From: Halalkalibacterium halodurans
GTDB lineage: Bacteria; Bacillota; Bacilli; Bacillales; Bacillaceae_D
Direction: 5' to 3'
Assembly (NCBI RefSeq): GCF_004376175.1
Contig: NZ_SNUY01000001.1
Location: 94,383-126,382 of the forward strand
Length of the DNA: 32,000 nucleotides
A model generated the notes under the pieces. The model saw nothing but the letters and a program-made list of their open reading frames with translations. It did not search any database and was not told the origin of the DNA. The translations under genes and the position numbers were made by a program. Below, piece by piece: positions 20,012-28,586 of the stretch. How positions within the stretch are numbered: position 1 is the first letter of the stretch; every line of letters starts with the position of its first letter.

Positions 20012-20665
20012 TTAGTGCTGCAAATGCAGCGCCATGGTCAACGTCGCTTGCTGTTCATCTTTTTTCTTTAAAGCTTCCACAATCGTGCGATGCTCCTGCA
20101 CAATCGCCTTACGCTGCCTGCGCTGTACCACTTCATAGGTCATTGCCGTTTGATGATATTCTACGAGAGATGCCCACATATTGTAAAGAAGCCGATTTTG
20201 ACAAGCAGCAACGATGCGTTCGTGAAACCGATGATCATGTTTACGAAAGTCATCCTCGCTATGTTTCTCTATTTCCGATTCAAGAATGAGTTCATCCAAT
20301 TGCTGAATTTCTGTTTCAGTTATGCGACGACACGCTAAACGCAATGCCTCAATTTCTACAATTCTCCTCGTTTCCCCTAAATCCTTCAATGCTTGTTGAT
20401 CTTTTAATAAAAAGGATAAAATCACGCTGACGAGAGGATAACTATTGGCTGGACGAATAAACGTCCCTTCGCCCCTTCGTGTTTCAATCAAATCTAAGAG
20501 CTCCAAAGCTCGAAGTGCCTCGCGAACGGATGAGCGACCTACATGTAACCGGTCGCTCAATTCCCGTTCAGAGGGGAGCTTATCACCAGCAGAAAGTTGG
20601 TCAGCACGTATGATTTGATTAATCTGTTTAATGACCTCTAAATAGACTTTGTCACCAGCTGACAA
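20012..20665 (-). CDS. GntR-family transcriptional regulator, FadR subfamily (FCD domain)
   Basis: 217 aa with TTG start after AGGTGA. N-terminal winged [44 protein letters not shown] and an all-helical C-terminal FCD-like domain. Confidence 0.85.
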   Translation of the reverse strand: MSAGDKVYLEVIKQINQIIRADQLSAGDKLPSERELSDRLHVGRSSVREALRALELLDLIETRRGEGTFIRPANSYPLVSVILSFLLKDQQALKDLGETRRIVEIEALRLACRRITETEIQQLDELILESEIEKHSEDDFRKHDHRFHERIVAACQNRLLYNMWASLVEYHQTAMTYEVVQRRQRKAIVQEHRTIVEALKKKDEQQATLTMALHLQH

Positions 20666-20705
20666 ACATTTCTCACCTGCACTCTCTTGTAGCCACTTTT
20701 ACAAA

Positions 20706-21938
20706 TTACTCAATGATAGCTAATTTCTTTGTCTTTGCTTCCACTTCAGCAGGATCAACCTTTCTTCTAGCAACTCCTGTTTCCATCGCCGTTTTCGCCA
20801 CAGCTGCCGCCACAGCTGGTGCGACACGCGGATCAAATGGAGCAGGAATGACATAGTCAGGATCTAAATCCTCTTCCGCTACAAGGTCAGCAATCGCATG
20901 AACAGCAGCAACCTTCATTTCTTCGTTGATGTGCGTCGCCCGTGCATCAAGCGCTCCGCGGAAAATACCAGGAAACGCAAGCACGTTATTTACTTGATTC
21001 GGGAAGTCTGAGCGTCCCGTTCCGATCACTTTCGCTCCTGCTGCTTTCGCCTCTTCAGGCATAATCTCCGGCACAGGGTTAGCCATCGCAAAAATAATAG
21101 GATCATCATTCATATTTTCAATCATTTCTTTCGTAAGTGCTCCAGCTACAGAAACACCGATAAAAACATCGGCTCCTTTGAGCACATCTCCAAGGCCACC
21201 ATCGATTTTGTCGCGGTTTGTCCACTTCGCCACTTCTGCTTTCATGTCATTCATGCCATACGGACGGCCGTCATAGATGGCTCCTTTTGAATCACACATT
21301 ATAATATCCCGTACACCCATTCGTTGCATCAGCTTAATAATAGCAATTCCGGCTGCACCTGCTCCGTTGGCCACGACTTTAATCTCCGACATTCTCTTTC
21401 CTGTTAATTTTAGCGCGTTAATAAGGCCCGCCAAAGTCACGATGGCTGTTCCGTGTTGATCATCATGAAAAACAGGGATGTTTGTTTCCTTCTTTAGACG
21501 CTCTTCAATTTCGAAGCAGCTCGGTGCGGCAATATCCTCTAAGTTAACGCCACCAAAAGTAGGCTCAAGCAGTTTCACCGTTTCCACAATTTGATCGACA
21601 TCTGTTGTCCGCAAGCAAATCGGAAACGCGTCTACACCAGCGAAGGATTTAAATAACACAGCCTTCCCTTCCATAACTGGAAGAGAAGCCTCCGGTCCGA
21701 TGTTTCCTAACCCTAGCACCGCCGTTCCGTTACTTACTACTGCTACCATATTGCCCTTCATTGTATATTCATAAACCGTTTCCACATCTTCAAAAATTTC
21801 TTTGCACGGCTCGGCAACACCCGGTGAATAAGCAAGGCTTAAATCTCTTGCATTTCGTACGGGAACCTTAGACTTCGACTCTAATTTTCCTTGATTTTCT
21901 CGGTGAATGTGTAAAGCTTCCTCTCTTGTCGTCGCCAC
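20706..21938 (-). CDS. ytsJ: NADP-dependent malic enzyme
   Basis: 410 aa from GTG 21938, 10 nt after AAGGAG. The GTG at 21947 is only 1 nt from the SD. Aligns with B. subtilis YtsJ (REEALHxH..NQGKLESKSKV, LSLAYSPGVAEPC). Confidence 0.92.
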   Translation of the reverse strand: MATTREEALHIHRENQGKLESKSKVPVRNARDLSLAYSPGVAEPCKEIFEDVETVYEYTMKGNMVAVVSNGTAVLGLGNIGPEASLPVMEGKAVLFKSFAGVDAFPICLRTTDVDQIVETVKLLEPTFGGVNLEDIAAPSCFEIEERLKKETNIPVFHDDQHGTAIVTLAGLINALKLTGKRMSEIKVVANGAGAAGIAIIKLMQRMGVRDIIMCDSKGAIYDGRPYGMNDMKAEVAKWTNRDKIDGGLGDVLKGADVFIGVSVAGALTKEMIENMNDDPIIFAMANPVPEIMPEEAKAAGAKVIGTGRSDFPNQVNNVLAFPGIFRGALDARATHINEEMKVAAVHAIADLVAEEDLDPDYVIPAPFDPRVAPAVAAAVAKTAMETGVARRKVDPAEVEAKTKKLAIIE

Positions 21939-21998
21939 AGTAGACACGCTCCTTCAAAGATAGTAGTTATTTTACAAAGTTTATATAATGGCTTTAGC

Positions 21999-22009
21999 TG
22001 GTCTGACCA
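21999..22009. promoter_or_regulatory. Candidate FadR/GntR-type operator TGGTCtGACCA
   Basis: Perfect 5+5 inverted repeat in agcTGGTCTGACCAcctgt, 11 nt upstream (minus strand) of a TATATAAA -10-like box and ~60 nt upstream of the ytsJ start. Confidence 0.4.
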
Positions 22010-22080
22010 CCTGTATAAAAACATCTTTTATTATAACAGACGAGCCCTTCTTGTACACCCTTGTTTCACTGAGCCATCAT

Positions 22081-25000
22081 TCAGCTCTCATCCTCGTATG
22101 TGCTCACAACGACATGTTCTTTTCCGACTAATTGTTCGAGTTCATGTAAGAGTGTAAAGGAGAGGGAAACGTGATATTTTTCCGGGAGCTGAATCGTTTT
22201 TCTTTGTTTCTCGTAGTACATGACAACAGGCGTTGGGCCATGGTGGACTTGAAGCAACCGCCGAATATCGTTTAACCGTTCCACTTCTTTCTCAACGTCT
22301 GCCGTTATTTTTAAAAACAGCTTTTCCTTTTCTTTTTTTAGCATGTGCTTTAGTGGCAAAACTTTATCGACTAATAGCTGCAGCTCTTCGGAGCGGCCCC
22401 GATCCATCTTTCCTTCGACAAAATAAAGCTCGCCTTCCTTTAATCCCCATTCGTACATCGCCCAAACGGCCGGAAAAACAACAGCTTCCCATTCCCCTGT
22501 TTCATCACTCATCGTGAGAAAACCCATCACCTCACCGCGTTTTGTTCGAATCCGGCGAATTCGATGGATCATGCCTGCCAATTTTACAAAACGTCGCTCG
22601 GCTCCTTCCAAATATGTTAACCGATCATATTGCCTGAGCGATTCGGTATAGGCAAGCAGTGGATGACCACTAAGATAAAACCCGACTGCTTCCTTTTCAT
22701 AAGCTAGCTTTTCTAAGTCGGTCAAGGGCTCTACCTTTATATACTCTGGCTCTTCTACACTTAGCTGAAACAGCCCCCCAGTATTTTCTTGGAACTCTTT
22801 CACTTGTTCAGCAAACTGAAAGGCTTCTTCAATGTTGGCTAGAAGGGTAGCTCGCTCCCCCAGCTCATCAAGAGCTCCTGCTTTAATCAGACTTTCCATC
22901 ACTCGGCTAGTAACGATACGGCCATCTACTCGCGAGCACAGGTCGAACAGACTGCGAACAGGCGCTTCACGTCGTGCCTTGATAAGTTCGCGGATCGCTC
23001 GAACACTCACATAGCGCAACGGTAAAAGTGGGAAGCGGACCCCTTCTTCCTCTTCGCTAAAATGGATATCACTTTTCGAAAGGGAAGGAGGAAGCACTCG
23101 GATTCCTTGTTGCTTCATCTCTTGAAGGAGCCGTTCCAATTTTTCAGGTTGATTCCAAATGGTTGAGGCAAGCGCCGCGTAAAATGATCTAGGATAATGG
23201 GCTTTTAAATAGGCAAGCTGATAGGCAAGCATGCTGTAGGCAACTGCATGGCTTTTATTAAATCCATAGTTGGCAAAACGAACGATCAGCTCATATATTT
23301 TTTTAGCCGTCTCTTGCTCATAGCCTTGGCGGACGGCTCCCGTAACAAATGCCTCCTCTTGCTGGCGTAACGCTTCTCCCTTTTTCTTACTTATTGCTCG
23401 TCGCAGCAAATCGGCCTCACCTAAACTAAAGCCAGCCATTTTTGCGGCGATTTGCATAATTTGTTCCTGATAAACAATGACACCATATGTTGAGCTTAAA
23501 ATCGGCTCTAAGTCTGGATGGAGATAAGTAATTTCCTTTGTCCCTTCTTTTCCTTGAATGTAATCAGGTATAAACTCCATCGGCCCTGGTCTGTAGAGGG
23601 CGTTGACAGCGACAATATCTGCGAAAGTATTTGGCTTTAACTCACGTAGCACTTTCCGCATTCCCCCAGATTCTAGCTGAAAGACACCTGTCGTTTCCCC
23701 CTTGGCAAGTAAGGCGAATGTTTTTGCATCGTTTAAGGGGAGCTGCTTTACATTGAGAGAATGGCCGTACGTTTCCCTCACTCGTTTGACGACCATTTCT
23801 AGCAATGTCAAATTACGCAATCCAAGAAAATCCATTTTAATTAAGCCAACATCCTCGACTGTTTCCATCGTCCCTTGCGTGAGAGGCACCTCTCCTTGCC
23901 CATGCTGTAAAGCAATGACCTCTGTCAACGGCTGTTCACTGATCACGACCCCGGCTGCATGGGTAGACGTATGCCGCGGCAGCCCCTCTACCTTGCGCGC
24001 GAGCTTCATCACTTTTTGCGCCTCATCGGAAGCGTGCACGAGCTGTCGGAGCCGTTCGTTCTCATTATAAGCTTTTACCAATGTCATCCCAGGTCTACCG
24101 GAAATCTCTTTGCTAATTTTTTCAATGACGTTTGGCGGGATCGCGAGTGCCTTTCCTACATCACGTACCGAGGCTCTTGCAGCCAACGTACCGAATGTGA
24201 GGATTTGCGCTACTCGATTCGCCCCGTACTTTTTCTTCACGTAAACAATCACTTCTTCGCGGCGATGATCAGGGAAGTCAAGATCGATGTCAGGCAAGGA
24301 AATACGTTCTGGATTTAAGAAACGTTCAAACAGTAAATCATAGTGGAGCGGGTCTACGTCGGTAATAAATAACACATACGCCACTAATGAGCCGGCGACA
24401 GAACCTCTTCCCGGCCCTGTTACAATCGACGCTTCCCGAGCGAATCGCATAAAATCCCACACGATTAAAAAGTAATCGCTAAAGCCCATTCTCTCAATAA
24501 CCGCCAATTCTTCTCCTAAGCGTTGCGCCTTCTCTTTGGTCCATTCTTCCCCATATCGCTCTTTCGCCCCTTGTTCACAAAGCTTGCGCAAGTAGTCCTC
24601 AGCTGATTGTTCATTAGGCGTTTGAAATTTCGGTAACCTTGGCTTACCAAGCGTAAGTTCAACATGGCAACGATCGGCTAGCTTTTTCGTATTTTGCAAC
24701 GCTTCTGGATAAGCTCGAAACGTTTGCTCCATCTCAGTCAACGTGAAAAAGCAAACATCCTCCTCTTGTTCGATTCTTAATTCTTCTACGAGAACACCTT
24801 CGCGAATCGCCTGAATCACTTTCCACGCGTCTAAATCTTCTCGCTCTAATACTTGAATATGCTGACTGCACACAAGGGGAATCGCTAGCTTTGCCGCCAA
24901 TTGATTGATCGGTTCAACTTTAGAACGGTCCGTGCCTTGAATTTCTAAATAAACGGATTCCCCTCCAAGATGATCTTTGAGAAACTGGATAAATCGCTCT

Positions 25001-25431
25001 CCTCGTTCTAGCGCTTCATCTTCGAGACAAGCGCGAACAAATCCTCCTGAATATGGAATGACGTACAACAAGTCGTCCTTATACGCGAGAAGCTCTTCCC
25101 ACGTCACATATTTTTCTTTTTCCTCGCGGCATTGAATGATCGTTGAAAGCTTCAAAAGGTGCTCATACCCTTTATTGGAGCGGGCATATAAGAGAAGGTC
25201 ACTCTCTCGATCCTCTGCAAATCGAACGGTGGTCTCCATCCCGATAATCGGTTTCAATCCTGATTCTTTACAAGCTTTGTAAAAAGGAACAGCCCCATAC
25301 ATGACATGGCGATCGGTTAATGCCAATGCAGAAAACTGGGCTGCTTTTGCCTTTTCTACTAGTGCTGGAATCCGACACATGCTTGAGAGAAGGGTGTATT
25401 CACTATGTACGTGTATATGAACACTTTCCAT
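22081..25431 (-). CDS. dnaE: DNA polymerase III alpha subunit (DnaE)
   Basis: 1116 aa from ATG 25431 (SD GAGGGAAG). N-terminal PHP domain (HIHVHSEYTLL), a Pol III alpha core and an OB fold. Confidence 0.96.
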   Translation of the reverse strand: MESVHIHVHSEYTLLSSMCRIPALVEKAKAAQFSALALTDRHVMYGAVPFYKACKESGLKPIIGMETTVRFAEDRESDLLLYARSNKGYEHLLKLSTIIQCREEKEKYVTWEELLAYKDDLLYVIPYSGGFVRACLEDEALERGERFIQFLKDHLGGESVYLEIQGTDRSKVEPINQLAAKLAIPLVCSQHIQVLEREDLDAWKVIQAIREGVLVEELRIEQEEDVCFFTLTEMEQTFRAYPEALQNTKKLADRCHVELTLGKPRLPKFQTPNEQSAEDYLRKLCEQGAKERYGEEWTKEKAQRLGEELAVIERMGFSDYFLIVWDFMRFAREASIVTGPGRGSVAGSLVAYVLFITDVDPLHYDLLFERFLNPERISLPDIDLDFPDHRREEVIVYVKKKYGANRVAQILTFGTLAARASVRDVGKALAIPPNVIEKISKEISGRPGMTLVKAYNENERLRQLVHASDEAQKVMKLARKVEGLPRHTSTHAAGVVISEQPLTEVIALQHGQGEVPLTQGTMETVEDVGLIKMDFLGLRNLTLLEMVVKRVRETYGHSLNVKQLPLNDAKTFALLAKGETTGVFQLESGGMRKVLRELKPNTFADIVAVNALYRPGPMEFIPDYIQGKEGTKEITYLHPDLEPILSSTYGVIVYQEQIMQIAAKMAGFSLGEADLLRRAISKKKGEALRQQEEAFVTGAVRQGYEQETAKKIYELIVRFANYGFNKSHAVAYSMLAYQLAYLKAHYPRSFYAALASTIWNQPEKLERLLQEMKQQGIRVLPPSLSKSDIHFSEEEEGVRFPLLPLRYVSVRAIRELIKARREAPVRSLFDLCSRVDGRIVTSRVMESLIKAGALDELGERATLLANIEEAFQFAEQVKEFQENTGGLFQLSVEEPEYIKVEPLTDLEKLAYEKEAVGFYLSGHPLLAYTESLRQYDRLTYLEGAERRFVKLAGMIHRIRRIRTKRGEVMGFLTMSDETGEWEAVVFPAVWAMYEWGLKEGELYFVEGKMDRGRSEELQLLVDKVLPLKHMLKKEKEKLFLKITADVEKEVERLNDIRRLLQVHHGPTPVVMYYEKQRKTIQLPEKYHVSLSFTLLHELEQLVGKEHVVVSTYEDES

Positions 25432-25473
25432 CGAAGCTTCCCTCATTTCTTATCTGTTTCGTTTCTATTTTCT

Positions 25474-25503
25474 ATTATAGTATGTCTTTTTCTCTTATGT
25501 CAG
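25474..25503 (-). promoter_or_regulatory. Candidate sigmaA promoter of dnaE (cTGACA-18-TATAAT)
   Basis: -35 at 25503-25498 and -10 at 25479-25474 on the minus strand, ~35 nt upstream of the dnaE ATG. Confidence 0.45.
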
Positions 25504-25521
25504 CTTTCCACCTTCGGGACA

Positions 25522-25552
25522 GCATATTCTTGTCCACTGACGACTATACATA
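25522..25552 (+). promoter_or_regulatory. SigmaE-like promoter upstream of ytrH-ytrI
   Basis: GCATATT-16 nt-TATACATA resembles the sigmaE consensus (kmATATT ... CATACAnT). ytrHI is sigmaE-dependent in B. subtilis. I could not verify the consensus spacer. Confidence 0.3.
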
Positions 25553-25603
25553 GTAACAGCATTTCATAGCGGGAATGATTTATACGACAAGGAGAGAGGG
25601 ACG

Positions 25604-25939
25604 ATGGACAGAGAATTCTTAGCAACATTAGTGATTGATTTTTTCGTCGCCTTTGGAGTCCTCATTGGGGGAACGTTAATTGGGGGGATGGGAGCGTATT
25701 TAATAGGCAAACCCCCGTTGCAAGTCATGCATGACCTGGCAGGAAGCTTAAAAATTTGGGCAATCGTTGCTGCGATTGGAGGTTCATTTGATGCGATTAC
25801 GAGCTTAGAGCGCGGACTATTCACCGGAGCTCATGATGATATTTTCAAAACATTGTTTATGGTGTTTTTCGCCCTTTGCGGTGCACACTCAGGTACGCTG
25901 TTAGTGCAGTGGATTGTTGGGGAGCAGCATGTCCTATGA
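25604..25939 (+). CDS. ytrH: Sporulation membrane protein YtrH
   Basis: 111 aa aligning with B. subtilis YtrH (FGVLxGGxLIGGxGA, LKIWAxVAAIGGxFDA). SD AAGGAGAGAGGG upstream. Confidence 0.82.
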   Translation: MDREFLATLVIDFFVAFGVLIGGTLIGGMGAYLIGKPPLQVMHDLAGSLKIWAIVAAIGGSFDAITSLERGLFTGAHDDIFKTLFMVFFALCGAHSGTLLVQWIVGEQHVL

Positions 25940-26442
25940 GAGTGCCTCCTTATTATCGTCGGCCCGGTTGGCAGCGTTTTTTCGCCGGATTGATCATTGG
26001 AATTTTGATCGGCTGGGTGTTTTTCTTATTGCAGTACGGACCGATCCACGATGAGCTCATTTTAGAACGGAGCAAACAGCAGGCAGAGGTCGCTCAACTA
26101 AAAGAGCGAATTGATGATCTCGTTCGTAAGCAAAATGAACAAAATGAGGAGAATCAAAAAAAATTAACGATTCAAGAAATCGAAATTTCCTTTACGAATG
26201 CACGGAGCCTTCGTTTAAACCAGCTTACCCTCTATGAGCTTCATCAGCAAGCGATAGAGGAGCTCCACTTTTTAGAACAGAGAGACATTGAAACGGTTGC
26301 TAACATGAAAGACCTTATGATCTCGACCCTTGAGAATAAAGTATTTTCCATCAACGATAGTCGCTACCAGCTGGACGTCGAAGAGGTTTATTTATTTACA
26401 ACCTTGCATATTTACGCGAAAATAGTCCCTGCTTCTTCATAA
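25936..26442 (+). CDS. ytrI: Sporulation membrane protein YtrI
   Basis: 168 aa from ATG 25936, overlapping the ytrH stop as ATGA. The N-terminus MRVPPYYRRPGWQRFFAG matches B. subtilis YtrI (MRIPPYYRKPGWQRFFAG). Confidence 0.82.
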   Translation: MRVPPYYRRPGWQRFFAGLIIGILIGWVFFLLQYGPIHDELILERSKQQAEVAQLKERIDDLVRKQNEQNEENQKKLTIQEIEISFTNARSLRLNQLTLYELHQQAIEELHFLEQRDIETVANMKDLMISTLENKVFSINDSRYQLDVEEVYLFTTLHIYAKIVPASS

Positions 26443-26558
26443 CGATCTATGACGTTTTTCTGAATATTTCTCCCTTTCCTTTCCAAGACAAACCGTTATC
26501 CTGTATACTATATAAAAGGAAAACTAACGCGATTTGTAAAAAGGAAGGAGTGAATGAA

Positions 26559-26783
26559 ATGGATGTAACCGGTAAAGAAATGATCATTAACCGTAAGGAA
26601 ATGGCCTTAAAAAAGGTGGAAAAGATCAAGGCAGGTTATTCTGCATTTGCCGAAAGCAAAGAAGTATCCGATTTCATTCGCAAAGAACTCAAACGATTAG
26701 GGATCGACGACGTATATGAGGACATAACTGAGCTTGGCTCTTGGTTCATTCCAGCAAACCAGCGGGATGAAGATCATAAGTAA
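26559..26783 (+). CDS. Hypothetical small acidic/helical protein (74 aa)
   Basis: ATG 26559 lies 8 nt after AAGGAAGGAG. Composition is protein-like and a strong terminator follows. I recognise no family. Confidence 0.55.
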   Translation: MDVTGKEMIINRKEMALKKVEKIKAGYSAFAESKEVSDFIRKELKRLGIDDVYEDITELGSWFIPANQRDEDHK

Positions 26784-26816
26784 ATCTAAGTAGCAAAGAG
26801 ACTGGGACAAACGTAT

Positions 26817-26861
26817 AAAAAGGTTCGGATCATCAAAATAAAATGATCCGAACCTTTTTTC
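26817..26861. terminator. Bidirectional Rho-independent terminator
   Basis: 13-bp perfect stem aggttcggatcat (26821-26833) / atgatccgaacct (26843-26855), flanked by AAAA upstream and TTTTTT downstream. Confidence 0.8.
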
Positions 26862-27371
26862 TGTTGATTCGTGGGATCGCCTGTTGTTTGATTTGCGTTT
26901 ATGGCCGTAAACGCAAACCCTCATTCATTTCTGACATTCTCGTTGCCTCTGACGGACATTCGAGTGACACGCAAATGAGCCTTCAGATAACTAAAAACCG
27001 ATTTTTACGTCGACCTTACACTGACCATAGATTGCCCCCCGTTTTCTCGTCTGAAAGCATCTGTTGAATCTTTATTTGTTGTTCCTATTTTTCATTGATT
27101 AAGATTTCCCCACTCACGGAGGAGGCCTTGAACTTCCGAATGAACACGGAACCGATAAATGGTTCGGTCAATAGGCTTATAAGCATACGAATACTGCTAA
27201 GGTATCCTTTTTGTGTATACGCATGACTAGACGGACGTTTCCAAGCTGATGGTCAAAATCACGAGACGCCTGCGGGAAAAGCAAGAACTGAAGATCCATC
27301 GGGGTGATTTTCCCCGATTAGCTAAAGCCTTGTCCGCGGCAAGGGAGTGGTTTTTGAAACAATCAACGCCA
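26862..27371. other. ORF-free, stem-rich region of unknown function (possible structured ncRNA or decayed gene)
   Basis: No SD-preceded or protein-like ORF. Perfect stems at 26892-26901/26908-26917 (10 bp), 27298-27304/27312-27318 (7 bp), 27328-27332/27340-27344 and 27151-27155/27164-27168. Bounded by terminators. Confidence 0.25.
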
Positions 27372-27412
27372 TATAAAATAAGAGTGGCACTCATCACCGT
27401 GGCGGGTGCCAC
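27372..27412 (-). terminator. Probable terminator downstream of nrnA
   Basis: 7-bp stem gtggcac (27412-27406) / gtgccac (27390-27384) with an inner CCG/CGG helix, followed on the minus strand by UCUUAUUUUAU. Confidence 0.45.
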
Positions 27413-27536
27413 CCCCATATGTTAGAGTATCCGTCTAACGACTGGAAGACAGACGACAAACTAGTATCGTGCAATTAAGTTTAACGTCATTGGTGGCTTC
27501 CTTGCAAAGAAGTTTTTGGCGGTAAGCCAAGCTTTC

Positions 27537-28481
27537 CTAACGTCTAAAATCGCTAGCCACCCGCCGGAGCTTCTCTACAATCTTATCTGTTTCCTCCCAG
27601 CTCTTCGCCTTCGCTCCTGCTGCCATCGGGTGTCCGCCCCCGTTATGTTCCATCGCCACCGTATTGATTACTGGTCCTTTTGAGCGGAGGCGCACACGGA
27701 TTGTCTCTCCATCTTCAACGAAAAATACCCATGTGAGTAACCCTTCCACATCGGAAAAGCTGTTAACAAAAGCCGCTGATTCGTTCGCCGTCACATCATA
27801 TTCAGCCAACAGTTCACTTGTCAGCTTCATGACTCCGACACAACCATCAATGATGGAAAAATGTTGAAGAATGTAGCCTTCTAACCTCGTTTGCTTTAAT
27901 TCACGACGATGGAGTCCGCTGTAAAAATCATTCGTCTCGATCCCTTGTTCAAGAAGAAGGGCTACATGGCGTAACGTTTTCGGTGTCGTGTTATCATAAC
28001 GGAATCTTCCCGTATCACCAACGATTCCAGCATATAGTAAAAGAGCACTCTCTTTGCTCAAGTTATACCCTTCCTCCTTTCCGGCAAGGAACAAGTCGAC
28101 AATCATCTCGCTTGTGGAGCTTGCCGATGGATCCACCCAGACAATATCGCCGTATGGCTCCTCATTTGGGTGGTGGTCGATCTTTACGAGCTTGTCGCCC
28201 CGTGCATATCGTTGATCGCTGATTCGTTCCTCGTTCGCTGTGTCACATACGATGACGAGCGCCCCTTCGAACTTTTCATCATCAAGCTCGTCCATGTTGG
28301 CTAAAAATCCGAGCGATGGTTCTTCATCCCCGACAACAAACACGTTCTTTTCTGGATATCGCTCGCGAATAAGTGTCGCTAGCCCAACCTGTGAGCCAAT
28401 GGCATCAGGATCTGGTCGTTCATGACGGTGGATTATGATTTGATCATAGGCCGCAATGGCTTGTAGAATGTCGTGCTTCAT
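27537..28481 (-). CDS. nrnA: Bifunctional oligoribonuclease / pAp phosphatase NrnA (DHH-DHHA1)
   Basis: 314 aa with motifs HRHERPDPDAIGS, VCDTAN, DHHPN and GGGHPMAAG. Syntenic with B. subtilis ytqI/nrnA. Confidence 0.93.
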   Translation of the reverse strand: MKHDILQAIAAYDQIIIHRHERPDPDAIGSQVGLATLIRERYPEKNVFVVGDEEPSLGFLANMDELDDEKFEGALVIVCDTANEERISDQRYARGDKLVKIDHHPNEEPYGDIVWVDPSASSTSEMIVDLFLAGKEEGYNLSKESALLLYAGIVGDTGRFRYDNTTPKTLRHVALLLEQGIETNDFYSGLHRRELKQTRLEGYILQHFSIIDGCVGVMKLTSELLAEYDVTANESAAFVNSFSDVEGLLTWVFFVEDGETIRVRLRSKGPVINTVAMEHNGGGHPMAAGAKAKSWEETDKIVEKLRRVASDFRR

Positions 28482-28586
28482 CTTCTATCCCCTTCTCTCT
28501 CGTCAATAGTTGCTGTACTGGCTTTTCCTTTCATTTCACGTTAGAATAAAAACAAATCACAATTGTTTTCGTGCAGGAGGATGTTT

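Noticed and set aside
25564-25824. 86-aa minus-strand ORF opposite ytrH
   Set aside because: It is a shadow frame of the conserved ytrH membrane protein, with no SD.
27128-27226. 32-codon frame after GGAGGAGG (TTG 27128 / ATG 27140; MNTEPINGSVNRLISIRILLRYPFCVYA) as a possible small toxin
   Set aside because: The SD-to-start spacing is poor: too short for the TTG and 14 nt for the ATG. There is no clear TM helix and no terminator. Not supportable from sequence alone.
27384-27416. T-box-like string GGGUGGCACCCGCC on the minus strand, followed by a terminator-like hairpin
   Set aside because: It has an extra base relative to the GGGUGGNACCGCG core. It lies only ~120 nt after the nrnA stop, so there is no room for Stem I and a specifier loop. 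No aminoacyl-tRNA or amino-acid gene follows on that strand. It is more simply a terminator.
27228-27437. 8-bp long-range complementarity tagacgga (27228-27235) / tccgtcta (27430-27437)
   Set aside because: Several 8-mer complementary pairs are expected by chance in ~700 nt. This one also competes with a local hairpin and crosses a probable terminator.
26862-27536. Known large RNAs (RNase P, tmRNA, SRP, 6S, OLE, cobalamin or M-box riboswitches) as the identity of the ORF-free region
   Set aside because: I could not find the hallmark strings: GAGGAAAGUCC for RNase P, the tRNA-like ends for tmRNA, or the full GGGAA..GGUG..AAUCC..CCCGCCACUGU for cobalamin. No oapA-like neighbour for OLE is present. 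The partial resemblances (CCCGCCACGGUG, GUUAG..CUAAC) are too short. This needs cmscan.
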